This document shows positions 49,473 through 62,191 of a stretch of 64,000 nucleotides of DNA, piece by piece; positions within the stretch are counted from its first letter, which is position 1, and every line of letters begins with the position of its first letter. The position numbers and the translations under genes are program-made. Source of the DNA: a candidate division WOR-3 bacterium (lineage in GTDB: Bacteria > Hydrothermota > Tepidihabitantia > Tepidihabitantales > DTDR01). Location: contig JBDRVN010000002.1 in the NCBI GenBank assembly GCA_039801885.1, positions 2,057-66,056 of the forward strand. The letters run 5' to 3'. The notes under the pieces were generated by a model, which did not search any database, was not told the origin of the DNA, and saw only the letters and a list, made by a program, of their open reading frames with translations.

Positions 49473-50683
49473 AGATTATTGTCCAGAAATTTGGTGGTTC
49501 TTCTTTAGCAAATCTATCAAGAATAAGAAAAGTTGTTAAGATTATAAAGAATACCTTAGAAGAAGGTTATCTGCCTTGTGTGGTTGTTTCGGCAATGGGC
49601 GATACGACCGATGATTTATTAAGTTTGGCAAAAAGATTAAACCCTTTACCACCAGAAAGGGAATTGGCAATGCTTCTTTCTTGTGGTGAAAGGATATCAG
49701 CCTCTCTTTTGGCAATAACTTTACATAGGATGGGAATAAAAGCAGTTTCTTTTACTGGTTCACAAATTGGGATAATTACTGATAATAATTTTACTTCTGC
49801 CCGCATTAGAATGGTAAATGGCGAACGATTAAAGAAGGCATTGGAAGAAAAAAAGGTGCCGATTGTGATGGGTTTTCAAGGTGTCTCTTTTGATAAAGAG
49901 ATAACCCTTTTAGGAAGAGGCGGTTCGGATATTACTGCTGTGGCATTAGCAATTGCTTTAAATGCCCAAAAATGTGAGATATATAGCGATGTCTGTGGTG
50001 TTTATACCGAAGACCCTTACCTATTTAGAAAAGTAAAATTGATAAAGACATTAACTTATGATGAGATGTTTGAAATGAGTAGTTTTGGTGCTGAGGTTTT
50101 ACATCCTCGGGCTTGTGCCCTGGCACAAAAATATAATTTGAAACTGATTTTAAAATCCTCTTTTGATAAAAAAGGAGAGACAATGATTACTAAAGATTTA
50201 GAATTTGAGGAGATAAAAGTAAAAGGAATAACCCACCAGAAAGATTTAGTTTTATTTAGTTTAATAAATATTCCTAAAAAACCAAAATGTTTACACCAGG
50301 TAATTAGTTATTTGGCAGAAAATAGAATAAAACCAATCTTTTTCTCCCATGGTTTACCGGATAATCAGTTATTTGACCTGCTCTTTATTGTTAAAGAAGA
50401 AGAGAAACTAAATTGTGAGAAATTGTTAAAGAAAATTGCTAAGGAAATTGGCTGGAAAAAAGTTTTGAAAAAAGAGAAGATGGCTTCCTTTTCATTAGTG
50501 GGGAATGAGGTTGGTCAGAGTAATGAGATTTTAGAAAAATTGTTTGCTACTTTGACAAAGAACCAAATTCATATTGACGGATTTTCTCTTACGCCTAATC
50601 GGATAACCTGTTTTCTACCGGAAAAGAGTTTTAAAAAGGCAATAAGGATTTTGTTAAAAACCTTTCGGTTGACAAATGAATAA
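49469..50683 (+). CDS. lysC: Aspartate kinase
   Basis: It starts MKIIVQKFGGSSLAN and has C-terminal ACT domains. Confidence 0.9.
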   Translation: MKIIVQKFGGSSLANLSRIRKVVKIIKNTLEEGYLPCVVVSAMGDTTDDLLSLAKRLNPLPPERELAMLLSCGERISASLLAITLHRMGIKAVSFTGSQIGIITDNNFTSARIRMVNGERLKKALEEKKVPIVMGFQGVSFDKEITLLGRGGSDITAVALAIALNAQKCEIYSDVCGVYTEDPYLFRKVKLIKTLTYDEMFEMSSFGAEVLHPRACALAQKYNLKLILKSSFDKKGETMITKDLEFEEIKVKGITHQKDLVLFSLINIPKKPKCLHQVISYLAENRIKPIFFSHGLPDNQLFDLLFIVKEEEKLNCEKLLKKIAKEIGWKKVLKKEKMASFSLVGNEVGQSNEILEKLFATLTKNQIHIDGFSLTPNRITCFLPEKSFKKAIRILLKTFRLTNE

Positions 50684-51302
50684 TTTTTATCCCCTTCAAT
50701 TAAAGAAAGATTTTGAAGAATTTTCTAATCATTTTAAATTTAATGGTTTTAAAGGAATAATTGAGGCGATTCTTTTTGTGAGTAATGAGCCAATTAGTGA
50801 AAAGAGGTTAAGGGAATTTCTTTTAATTTCCGAAAAGGAGATTGAGGAGATAATTTCTTTCCTTAATGAAGAATATGAGAAGAGTAATCGGGCTTTTCGC
50901 ATCCGCAAGATTGCCAAAGGTTATCAATTATTTACCTTACCCGAATATAGCGAATACTTAACTAAATTCTATACTGAGAAGAAAAAGAAAAGATTATCAC
51001 CCGCCGCCTTAGAAGTTTTGGCAATCATTGCCTATCATCAACCAATCACTAAACAGGAGATTGAGAAAATTCGGGGAGTGGATTCAACCTATATTTTAAG
51101 TATCCTTTTAGAAAAAAGACTTATTAAAATTGAAGGCAGGGCAAAAAAGCCCGGTGCGCCCTTTTTGTATGTCTTAACCAAAGAATTTCTTAAATATTTT
51201 GGACTTAATTCCTTTGAAGATTTACCCAAAAAAGAGGAGATCGAAAGTTTTCTTGCTGTTTGTGAAGGATATGGGAGAGATCAGAACTCCCCAGAAAGTT
51301 AA
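50676..51302 (+). CDS. scpB: Segregation and condensation protein B (ScpB)
   Basis: Its tandem winged-helix pattern (IEAILFVSNEPISEKRL...LEVLAIIAYHQPITK) is typical of ScpB. Confidence 0.75.
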   Translation: MNNFYPLQLKKDFEEFSNHFKFNGFKGIIEAILFVSNEPISEKRLREFLLISEKEIEEIISFLNEEYEKSNRAFRIRKIAKGYQLFTLPEYSEYLTKFYTEKKKKRLSPAALEVLAIIAYHQPITKQEIEKIRGVDSTYILSILLEKRLIKIEGRAKKPGAPFLYVLTKEFLKYFGLNSFEDLPKKEEIESFLAVCEGYGRDQNSPES

Positions 51303-51834
51303 AGTAGTGGTTGGCTATATTACTCAGGATGTTAATCTGATAGAAGAAGTAGATAAAATCTTATTACCCTTTTTGGGAGAAGGAGATTTAAAAAGCGAAG
51401 TTATTGATTTTAATTTTACTGCCTATTACAAAGAGGAAATGGGTGAAAATTTAAAAAGGCAATGGGTTTCTTATAAAAATTTAGTTATGCCCGATTTTTT
51501 ACCCGATTTAAAAATCAAGACAAATGAAATTGAAGATAAATTTAAAGAGAATGGAAAAAGAAGGATAAATATTGACCCAGGCATCTTGACATTAAACAAT
51601 TTTATTTTAGCCACCACCAAAAATTATGCCCACCGAATTTATTTGAGAAAGGGAATTTATGCGGAAGTTACTTTGATTTATCAAAATAAGAAATTTAATA
51701 ATCTCCCTTGGACCTATCCTGATTACCAAAAAGATTTTTTTCACAATTTTCTTTTAAAGGTAAGAAAGATTTATATTGAAGATTTGAAAAAAATTTGTTA
51801 TAGTAAAGAAGGAGATGAAGACGAGATTTATTAA
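51271..51834 (+). CDS. Conserved hypothetical protein
   Basis: About 187 aa from the internal Met (MGEIRTPQKVKVVVGY). The upstream part of the ORF overlaps scpB. Confidence 0.4.
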   Translation: MGEIRTPQKVKVVVGYITQDVNLIEEVDKILLPFLGEGDLKSEVIDFNFTAYYKEEMGENLKRQWVSYKNLVMPDFLPDLKIKTNEIEDKFKENGKRRINIDPGILTLNNFILATTKNYAHRIYLRKGIYAEVTLIYQNKKFNNLPWTYPDYQKDFFHNFLLKVRKIYIEDLKKICYSKEGDEDEIY

Positions 51835-52369
51835 AGAAGAACTAACTTTTACCGGCGAACAATTACGTTCTCTCTTTGCTTATGATACTTATAATATCCT
51901 TGGTGATTCTCTTATTGCTTTTATCGGTGCCTGTGATATCTCTTTAAAGGAAGCGGTTGATTTAGAGAGCCAGAAGGTTCGGCGATATTCTTATGTTCCT
52001 AAGATGTTACATTTCTTGGCAGAGCATTTTGAAATGGATGTGGAAAAGGCGATATTAAGAAGTTATTTACTTTTAGATATTGTCAAAGATATTTTAAACG
52101 AAAAGTTAGGCACTCTCCAAATAAAAAGAGTGGGTAACGAACTTTATGATGGCGAGAGTCGGGTAGCTATTTCGATGGCTGCTTCTTCACCGATTTCTTC
52201 TTTGGTTTATGTTGGTATAAATGTTGTTCCTCCTACCGAAACTCCCGCAAAAGGATTGGAGGATTATCAGATCGATATTATGGAATTTGGTAACCTTGTT
52301 TTGGAAAGATACGCAAAAGATTCGGAACGGATAAACCAAATGCGGTATCGGACTCGCTGGGTTGAATAG
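51815..52369 (+). CDS. Conserved hypothetical protein
   Basis: 184 aa. I recognise no family with confidence. Confidence 0.4.
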   Translation: MKTRFIKEELTFTGEQLRSLFAYDTYNILGDSLIAFIGACDISLKEAVDLESQKVRRYSYVPKMLHFLAEHFEMDVEKAILRSYLLLDIVKDILNEKLGTLQIKRVGNELYDGESRVAISMAASSPISSLVYVGINVVPPTETPAKGLEDYQIDIMEFGNLVLERYAKDSERINQMRYRTRWVE

Positions 52370-52371
52370 AA

Positions 52372-52989
52372 GTGAAAACTCTTCGCCGGTATTTTATTGC
52401 AGGATTAGTTCTTATTATTCCCTTAGGATTAACAATTTTTATTTTTTGGTTTTTGATTACCAAATTAGGCGGCTTTCTAACACCCCTATTTAAAATTTTT
52501 TCCTTTTTAAAAGAATTACCAGAAGAGATATTAACTATTTTAGGTTTTATTCTTTTTTTACTTTTGGTTTTATTAATCGGTGCTTTAACAAGTGGCTTTT
52601 TAGGAAAATGGCTTTTTGGTCTCTTAGAAGATTTGATTTTAAGACTTCCCTTAGTAAGGGAAATTTATAATTCCGCAAGACAACTAACCAATGCGGTATT
52701 TGTTGATCGGAAATCTTTGAAAAAAGTTGTAGCAATAGAATATCCCCGCAAAGGGATTTTTACTATCGGTTTTATTATGAATGAAGAAAAGATTCTTTCC
52801 CAAGATAAAAAAAGAGAATTTTACTTAATCTATTTGCCCACTACTCCTAATCCTACTTCTGGTTGGTTAATTATGGTTTCCCAAGAAGAAATTCACCAGT
52901 TAAACTTAACAATTGATGAAGGTTTAAAATTAATTGTTTCTGGTGGAATTGTTATCAGCAAAGATACTTTAGAAAAACTAAAGATTTAA
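52372..52989 (+). CDS. DUF502-family membrane protein
   Basis: 205 aa with two N-terminal TM helices and a conserved soluble domain. Confidence 0.5.
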   Translation: MKTLRRYFIAGLVLIIPLGLTIFIFWFLITKLGGFLTPLFKIFSFLKELPEEILTILGFILFLLLVLLIGALTSGFLGKWLFGLLEDLILRLPLVREIYNSARQLTNAVFVDRKSLKKVVAIEYPRKGIFTIGFIMNEEKILSQDKKREFYLIYLPTTPNPTSGWLIMVSQEEIHQLNLTIDEGLKLIVSGGIVISKDTLEKLKI

Positions 52990-54152
52990 GGCTTCATTTT
53001 TTCTTTGATTTTTTCTACCAATTCTTTTAATAAAAGAAAATCTTGTTTTTTAGGATATCCTTTTATTAATACCGGTGGTAATAGTTCCGCATTCAAATTG
53101 GTTGTTAAACTTTTGATAATTTCTAAAGTTCTTCCGCCCCAGCCGTAGGAGCCAAAAATTCCTAAATATTTTGTTTTTGGTTTTAGGATATTTAAAAGAT
53201 AGATAACAAACAGGGCAGCTGGATGGGGACCGGTTAAAACTGTTGGGGTGCCAACTAAAATCGTAGCAGCATCAACCAGAGCAATTGCCAATTCACCAAT
53301 ATCGGTTTTTGTCAAATTAAAAGGAATTACTTTAATTCCAGAATTTATCAGTTCACTAATCAAAAACTCCGCCATTACCTTTGTGCTATTATGCATTGAA
53401 ACATAAGCTAAAATAACTTCGTTTTTCCCTTTATCGCTAACCCAATCTTCATAGGCATCGATAATAAAAGCGGGTTCCAAATAGACCGGTCCGTGACTAG
53501 GAGCAATCATTTTAATTTCTAAATTTCTTATTTTATCTAAATGATTTTTTATTTGCTTTCTAAAAGGCATCATAATTTCCGCATAATATCTTTTGGCAGC
53601 AAAGTAAACCTTTTCTTTATCTTGGGCAAATAAGTCACTGGTGGCTAAATGGGAACCAAATAAATCACAAGTAAAAAGAATTTTATCTTCTAAGAGATAA
53701 GTAACCATTGTTTCTGGCCAATGAACCCAAGGAGTAAAAATAAATTGTAATGTTTTATTTCCCAAAGAGATTTTCTCATTATCTTCCACGGTAATAAATT
53801 TTTCTTCCGGAATTAATAATAAATCTATTAAAAATTCTTTACCTTTTTTATTGGTAATGAGTTTTGCTTCTGGATAAAGTTCTAATACCTTAGGGATAGT
53901 ACCCGAATGGTCTTGTTCGGCATGCAGAGAGATTAAATAGTCAATTTTTAAGTTAAGAGATTTTAGATTTTCAACTAACTCTTTTTCTTTTGTTGGGTCG
54001 ACAGTATCAATTAAAACATTTTTTTCACTCCCCTTTATTAAATAGGCATTATAACTTGTGCCATCGGGTAAGGGGATTAATTCGTCAAATAATCTTCTAT
54101 CCCAATCAATAGCACCTACTGTCCAAATATTTTTTGTTATTTCTCTTACCAT
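52986..54152 (-). CDS. Flavodiiron protein (rubredoxin:oxygen/NO oxidoreductase, FprA/ROO-like)
   Basis: 388 aa. It has an N-terminal metallo-beta-lactamase-like diiron domain (HAEQDHSG) and a C-terminal flavodoxin domain. It is adjacent to rubredoxin. Confidence 0.8.
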   Translation of the reverse strand: MVREITKNIWTVGAIDWDRRLFDELIPLPDGTSYNAYLIKGSEKNVLIDTVDPTKEKELVENLKSLNLKIDYLISLHAEQDHSGTIPKVLELYPEAKLITNKKGKEFLIDLLLIPEEKFITVEDNEKISLGNKTLQFIFTPWVHWPETMVTYLLEDKILFTCDLFGSHLATSDLFAQDKEKVYFAAKRYYAEIMMPFRKQIKNHLDKIRNLEIKMIAPSHGPVYLEPAFIIDAYEDWVSDKGKNEVILAYVSMHNSTKVMAEFLISELINSGIKVIPFNLTKTDIGELAIALVDAATILVGTPTVLTGPHPAALFVIYLLNILKPKTKYLGIFGSYGWGGRTLEIIKSLTTNLNAELLPPVLIKGYPKKQDFLLLKELVEKIKEKMKP

Positions 54153-54161
54153 TTTTATCTC

Positions 54162-54326
54162 CTAATCTTCAATTGGTTCAAAGTAACTTTTATCAGCACT
54201 ACAAATTGGACAAACCCAATCATCGGGTAATTCCTCAAAAGGTGTGTTAGGTGGAATATCTCTTTCATTATCGCCCAATTTTGGGTCATAGATATAACCA
54301 CAAATAGTGCAACGGTATTTTTTCAT
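54162..54326 (-). CDS. Rubredoxin
   Basis: Own translation gives [54 protein letters not shown], 54 aa. It has two CxxCG knuckles and the SD aaggagg. It is absent from the ORF track because it is under 60 aa. Coordinates are accurate to about 2 nt. Confidence 0.85.
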   Translation of the reverse strand: MKKYRCTICGYIYDPKLGDNERDIPPNTPFEELPDDWVCPICSADKSYFEPIED

Positions 54327-54384
54327 TTTTCCTCCTTGATTTTTTTAAAAAAATTATTATAATATTTTTTTATAAAATTTCAAT

Positions 54385-54470
54385 CAACCACGGGGCTCAA
54401 GCCTCTCATATAATGCCTCCTTTCAATCTATCTAAAATAGAGCCCTCCTAAAATATAAGAGCCCCGTGGT
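54385..54470. promoter_or_regulatory. 13-bp perfect inverted repeat (aaccacggggctc / gagccccgtggtt) with a spacer of about 60 nt, in the rubredoxin-htrA divergent intergenic region
   Basis: Read directly. The arms are GC-rich against an AT-rich background. The right arm is followed by a T-run. The loop contains cctcct and ccctcc. Confidence 0.5.
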
Positions 54471-54492
54471 TTTTATATTTGTATTAAAATTG

Positions 54493-54521
54493 ACTTATTT
54501 TATTTTTTAGATATAATTTTT
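54493..54521 (+). promoter_or_regulatory. Sigma70-type promoter upstream of htrA (ttgact-16-tataat)
   Basis: The sequence is ttgacttattttattttttagatataat, ending 4 nt before the ATG region. Confidence 0.45.
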
Positions 54522-54524
54522 TTT

Positions 54525-55976
54525 ATGAGAAGAGAGATTATTTTAATAATTGGTTTTTGTGTTTTGTCTTTTGCGTTGGGGTTTATTATTTCTCCCCTTA
54601 AAGGAAAAGAAAAAACCCCCCTCTATGCTCAAAATGTTTCTCAACCAATTTTAGAAGGAAAATCAAGCTTGCCGACAAATAACATTTCCTTTGTTGAAAT
54701 TGCTGAAAAAATAATTCCAACGGTAGTAAATATTTCAGCAGAAAAGTCGATTAAAATTAGAACTCCTGGTTTTGAATTTTTTTCTCCCTTTGAGGACTTT
54801 TTTAGAGAATTTTTTAAAGATTTTCCTTTACCAAGAGAATTTAGTGAGAAGATAAGAACATTAGGAAGTGGTGTAATAATTTCAGAAGACGGTTATGTAA
54901 TTACTAATAATCATGTAATTGAAGGATATGATAAAGTAATCATTACTCTTTCTGACGGCACAAAATTTAAAGAAAAAGAAGTAAAAATTATCGGCCGTGA
55001 TGTAAAAACTGATATTGCTCTGTTAAAAATTGAAACGAAAAAGAAACTACCCTATGCATCCTTAGGTAATTCTGATGAAGTAAGAATTGGCGAATGGGTA
55101 CTGGCCGTAGGTAACCCTTTTGGTTTATCCGGTACCGTTACTGTTGGGGTAATATCTGCTAAACATCGGACCGGTATCGACCTTTATGGTGGACCGACTT
55201 ATCAAGATTTTATCCAAACTGATGCCGCAATTAATCCAGGAAATTCGGGAGGTCCTCTGGTAAATCTTAGGGGAGAAGTCATTGGAATTAATACTGCCAT
55301 CAAAACCACTACCGGCGGAAACATCGGAATTGGTTTTGCAATACCCATTAATTTGGTAAAAAAAGTGAGAGATGATTTGTTGAAAAAAGGAAAAGTTGTT
55401 CGTGGTTATCTTGGCATCTATCTACAAGAGCTGACTGAAGAATTAAGAGAATCAATGGATTTGCCAAAAGATATGGAGGGAGTAGTGATAAGAGATATTA
55501 TTCCTAACTCACCAGCAAGTAAGGCTGATTTGAAATCCGGAGATATTATTTTAAAATTTCAAGGGAAAAAAGTGAAATCAGTTGACGAACTGAGATTTAT
55601 GGTGGCAGAAACTCCGCCAAAAACTAAAGTAGAGTTAGAAATTTATCGAGATGGCAAGACCCGAAAAGTGGAAGTGGTTTTGGGTGAAATGCCGGAAGAG
55701 GTTTCCCAAGCAAAAAGAGAAGAAGTTTTAGAAGTAGGTTTGAAAGTAAAAGAAGAAAAAGAAGGTGTAGTAGTTGAAGAGGTTGCGCCTAATTCTCCAG
55801 CGGAAGAAGCAGGAATTCAACCGGGCGATATTATTTTAGAAATTCAGAAAGAAAAAATTAAAAATTTAGACGATTATTATCGGATTTTAGAAAAGTTAAA
55901 AGAGCGCAAATCTATTCTTTTTAAAATAAAAAGAGGAAATGAGATTTATCTTATCCCTCTTCGCCTTAAAGAATAA
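54525..55976 (+). CDS. HtrA/DegP-family serine protease with two PDZ domains
   Basis: The catalytic triad is in its usual context (HV..., D, GNSGGPLVN), and two PDZ segments follow. Confidence 0.9.
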   Translation: MRREIILIIGFCVLSFALGFIISPLKGKEKTPLYAQNVSQPILEGKSSLPTNNISFVEIAEKIIPTVVNISAEKSIKIRTPGFEFFSPFEDFFREFFKDFPLPREFSEKIRTLGSGVIISEDGYVITNNHVIEGYDKVIITLSDGTKFKEKEVKIIGRDVKTDIALLKIETKKKLPYASLGNSDEVRIGEWVLAVGNPFGLSGTVTVGVISAKHRTGIDLYGGPTYQDFIQTDAAINPGNSGGPLVNLRGEVIGINTAIKTTTGGNIGIGFAIPINLVKKVRDDLLKKGKVVRGYLGIYLQELTEELRESMDLPKDMEGVVIRDIIPNSPASKADLKSGDIILKFQGKKVKSVDELRFMVAETPPKTKVELEIYRDGKTRKVEVVLGEMPEEVSQAKREEVLEVGLKVKEEKEGVVVEEVAPNSPAEEAGIQPGDIILEIQKEKIKNLDDYYRILEKLKERKSILFKIKRGNEIYLIPLRLKE

Positions 55977-56770
55977 TGGCCAAAACAGTTTCCTCTTATT
56001 ATTCTCTGTTATCTCAGAAATATCCCGATTTAACAAAAGATGAAGAAAGAGATTTAATTGAAGAGGCAAAGAAAAATAATTATCAAGCTCTTTCTAAATT
56101 AATTTTATCCCATTTAAAATTGGTGGTAAAAATTGCTCAAAAATACCATTCAAAAAACCTATCTTTAGATGACTTGATTGGCGAAGGGATTACTGGTTTA
56201 ATGGAAGCAATTTACAAATTTGATGAAAATAAAAAGGTTCGGTTAGCCACTTACGCCGCCAAAAGGATTAGATACCGAATAAGAGAAGCAATATTCAATG
56301 AAGAAATTTTTCGTTTCCCTCCCAAAATCCAAAAATTAGCAAAAAAGATTAAAAAGGAACCTTCGCCGATGCTTTTACAGCCGGTAAAATTAGCAAAGAA
56401 ATTTAAAGTAAGGTTAAGTGAAGTTAAACAAGCACTTATTTTTTTAAATTTAGCCCGTTTTAATTTAGAAAACGAAGAAACTTCAGAAGAAAATCCAATA
56501 ATTACTGAAGATACCCAAAATGATCAGTTTGAAAAAATTGGTTTAAAAAAAATTATTGACGAATGTCTGTCACAACTTTCGGAAAAGGAAAAGACAGTAA
56601 TTAAAAAGGCTTTTGGTTTGGCTCCTTACAAGGAACCAGAAAGTTTGACAAAAATTGGCAAGGACTTAAAACTTTCCCGAGAAAGAATTCGCCAGATTCG
56701 CAATGAAGCACTTAAAAAATTGCGACGATTTTTAAATAAACGTTTAGACCTTATTTCACCTTTCTTGTGA
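55976..56770 (+). CDS. Sigma-70 family RNA polymerase sigma factor (group 3-like)
   Basis: Region 2 is DLIGEGITGLMEAIYKFD. The region 4 HTH is LTKIGKDLKLSRERIRQIRNEALKKLR. Confidence 0.8.
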   Translation: MAKTVSSYYSLLSQKYPDLTKDEERDLIEEAKKNNYQALSKLILSHLKLVVKIAQKYHSKNLSLDDLIGEGITGLMEAIYKFDENKKVRLATYAAKRIRYRIREAIFNEEIFRFPPKIQKLAKKIKKEPSPMLLQPVKLAKKFKVRLSEVKQALIFLNLARFNLENEETSEENPIITEDTQNDQFEKIGLKKIIDECLSQLSEKEKTVIKKAFGLAPYKEPESLTKIGKDLKLSRERIRQIRNEALKKLRRFLNKRLDLISPFL

Positions 56771-57762
56771 TTTTTTTATTATTCTTTTTTCTCACTTCGC
56801 AGATAATTCCAATCAGCACCCGATTAAATATTGTTGGAAGAGATTTTTTAGCCCTTTTACCTGATTCGGAAACAGATCATTTTTTTAATCCTGCTAATAC
56901 TTTTTTCTTAAATAAAATATTTCTCTTTTCGCTCTCTTCTTATCATAACTATCTTTTCTTAAATGAAAATTCTCCAATATCCTTTCAGACTCTTTTGAAT
57001 GTTAAAATTGGCCAAGAAAATTATTTTTTGAATATAGCTTATCATTATCTTTTTAGTGATGAAAAAAGGGATAAAAAATTTATTTTTTTTAATTATCATA
57101 ATTTACCTTTTAGTATCGGTTATAACTTTGGCGAAACAAAAATTGGTTTGGGAATCAGTTATCAAAGATTTTATTTTAAAAAAACCGATACCTCAAAGCA
57201 AAATTTTATTGAGAAAAGAAGATACTTGCCTTTTAAAATTGGTTTTTTAAAAGGAGAAGAAGAAAAATTTGAAATTATAACCGAATTTATTCCTTTTGAT
57301 AGCAATAATTTTAGTGGTTATCAATTTAATTTTGCTATTAAAAAAATATTTGGCGAAACTAATAACCACATCTTTCTTTTGGCAACTAATTATCAAAAAG
57401 AAAATATTAGAAAGAATTGGCAATTTATCAGTGGCTATTGCTTATCTTCCCCTTATAATTTTTATGGTTTTATTTTTAATAACTTTTTTTCTATAAAACC
57501 AATTATTTTTATTAATGAAAAAGAACATCTTAAAATGAAAATCATTTTTCCTTACGGAATCACTTGTTCCTTTGGAAAGATGAAATTTCTTTTTGGTCTA
57601 AAAAAAGAGTTGATTTTTGACAAAGAAAATATTTATTCTTCCGATTATGAATATAATTTTGGTTTAGATTATCGGCTTTCCGATAATTTTGAATTTTATC
57701 TTTTCAATCTTCTTGTTAATAATTTTCGGAAATGGTTTTTCGGTTTTAAAATTTCTTTTTAA
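56767..57762 (+). CDS. Putative outer-membrane beta-barrel protein
   Basis: It has alternating hydrophobic beta-strand patterning and a C-terminal ...FGFKISF aromatic terminus. Confidence 0.4.
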   Translation: MIFLLFFFLTSQIIPISTRLNIVGRDFLALLPDSETDHFFNPANTFFLNKIFLFSLSSYHNYLFLNENSPISFQTLLNVKIGQENYFLNIAYHYLFSDEKRDKKFIFFNYHNLPFSIGYNFGETKIGLGISYQRFYFKKTDTSKQNFIEKRRYLPFKIGFLKGEEEKFEIITEFIPFDSNNFSGYQFNFAIKKIFGETNNHIFLLATNYQKENIRKNWQFISGYCLSSPYNFYGFIFNNFFSIKPIIFINEKEHLKMKIIFPYGITCSFGKMKFLFGLKKELIFDKENIYSSDYEYNFGLDYRLSDNFEFYLFNLLVNNFRKWFFGFKISF

Positions 57763-57803
57763 TTTTTGAGAACCCCCTTTCCTTTCCCGGTATCTAAAAA
57801 TAT

Positions 57804-58007
57804 ATGAAAGAAGAAATTTTGGCATTGATAAAAAAATTATATAAAAACGAGGAACAAAATCTACCTTTTAGAAGACCAGTTCTTCTTACTTTTTTAAATA
57901 TTGAAGAAATTGTTAAAGATTTTCAAAGTGAAAATTATAATATAATTTGGGATGAAATTACAATGATTTTTAAAAAAATAAATAATTTAAGAAAATCCTC
58001 TGAATAA
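57804..58007 (+). CDS. Hypothetical small protein
   Basis: 67 aa with no recognisable motif. Confidence 0.3.
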   Translation: MKEEILALIKKLYKNEEQNLPFRRPVLLTFLNIEEIVKDFQSENYNIIWDEITMIFKKINNLRKSSE

Positions 58008-58034
58008 TTTCCTATTAATTTAAGATAAATTCTT

Positions 58035-58098
58035 CTTGACTTTTCAAAAAATTTAACTATATTTATATATAGATAAGTTTTGCTCTTTGAAAATTTGG
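58035..58098 (+). promoter_or_regulatory. rRNA promoter (ttgact-16-tatatt) and conserved leader element upstream of the 23S gene
   Basis: It is nearly identical to the 16S P2 and leader module: cttgacNttNcaNaaaatt...ctatat...gataaNttttgctctttgaaaatttgg. Confidence 0.6.
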
Positions 58099-58115
58099 TA
58101 AAAGAAGCGGCGCCT

Positions 58116-61124
<3,009 letters not shown>

Positions 61125-61150
61125 TCCGCTTCTTTTATAAAATTCTTAAC

Positions 61151-61267
<117 letters not shown>

Positions 61268-61367
61268 AGTTTTTGTTTTTTAACCTTAATTAATTTAAAA
61301 TTAAGTAAAATTTTTAAAATTTATAAATCATTGAAAAATAAGAAATTAAATTAATAAAAAAATTTTT

Positions 61368-61396
61368 AAAATACTCTTGACTTTTTTTTGATTTTT
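61368..61396 (+). promoter_or_regulatory. Strong sigma70-type promoter upstream of pilin gene (ttgact-16/17-tataat)
   Basis: The sequence is ttgacttttttttgatttttattataatt. It is followed by SD ggaggtg 6 nt before the ATG at 61459. Confidence 0.5.
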
Positions 61397-61458
61397 ATTA
61401 TAATTATATTTGGAGAGACCACAATGTGGTTATTTAATAAACAAAATGGAGGTGAACT

Positions 61459-62094
61459 ATGTTAAATAAAAAGGGCTTTACATTAATTGAATTATTAGTA
61501 GTAATTTTAATTATCGGTATCCTATTAGCACTCATTATCCCCAACTTTGCCCTTTTCCAAGAAAGAGCAAGAAGAACCAGCGTCAGAAATAATATGCACG
61601 TGATCCAGACTGCCTTAGAAGCATGGGCGACTGACCATGGTGGTCAATATCCTTCTACGGATTTAGCAGGAGCATTGGAACCAGATGGATTAATGGCTTA
61701 TTATTTTCCTGGCGGCGACCCAATGATTGAGGATAAATTTGGTAATTTCCCAACTAATCCTTATACCGGTCTTGCTTATAATAGTGACGAATCTCCGGAA
61801 GAAGATCTTTTCTATGGCGAGCTTGAATTTGATGAGCCAGGTTTTAATGCAATGACTTGGGGCGGTGGTGAAGAATGTCCTTATCTTGAGTGGGAAGGCG
61901 AAGCCGCTGTTTCTGGAACAATTCATATTGGAATATATTATGATCCAAATACAGAGATTACCCAAGAGTATGGAATTGCTGGTTGGGGAAGATTGAATGA
62001 GGTAGGCGAAAATTATCCAATGTATGACATTTCTCCTGGCGCTGATGATTTCTTTGATGAAACATATTGGACATTCTTCGTGCTTCATAACTAA
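61459..62094 (+). CDS. Type IV pilin / pseudopilin (prepilin-type N-terminal cleavage/methylation domain)
   Basis: It starts MLNKKGFTLIELLVVILIIGILLALIIP, which is the prepilin peptidase site G|FTLIE. The C-terminal domain is acidic. Confidence 0.85.
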   Translation: MLNKKGFTLIELLVVILIIGILLALIIPNFALFQERARRTSVRNNMHVIQTALEAWATDHGGQYPSTDLAGALEPDGLMAYYFPGGDPMIEDKFGNFPTNPYTGLAYNSDESPEEDLFYGELEFDEPGFNAMTWGGGEECPYLEWEGEAAVSGTIHIGIYYDPNTEITQEYGIAGWGRLNEVGENYPMYDISPGADDFFDETYWTFFVLHN

Positions 62095-62123
62095 TCGCTA
62101 AATCTATCAAAAGGGTGGCTTTT

Positions 62124-62156
62124 GGGGGTGAGCCTTATCACCCCCATTTTTATTTT
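62124..62156 (+). terminator. Rho-independent terminator
   Basis: The stem gggggtga pairs with tcaccccc around the loop gcctta, followed by tttttatttt. It is immediately downstream of the pilin gene. Confidence 0.8.
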
Positions 62157-62191
62157 GTTGACATTTTTTTAATTTTTTTTATTATAGATAT

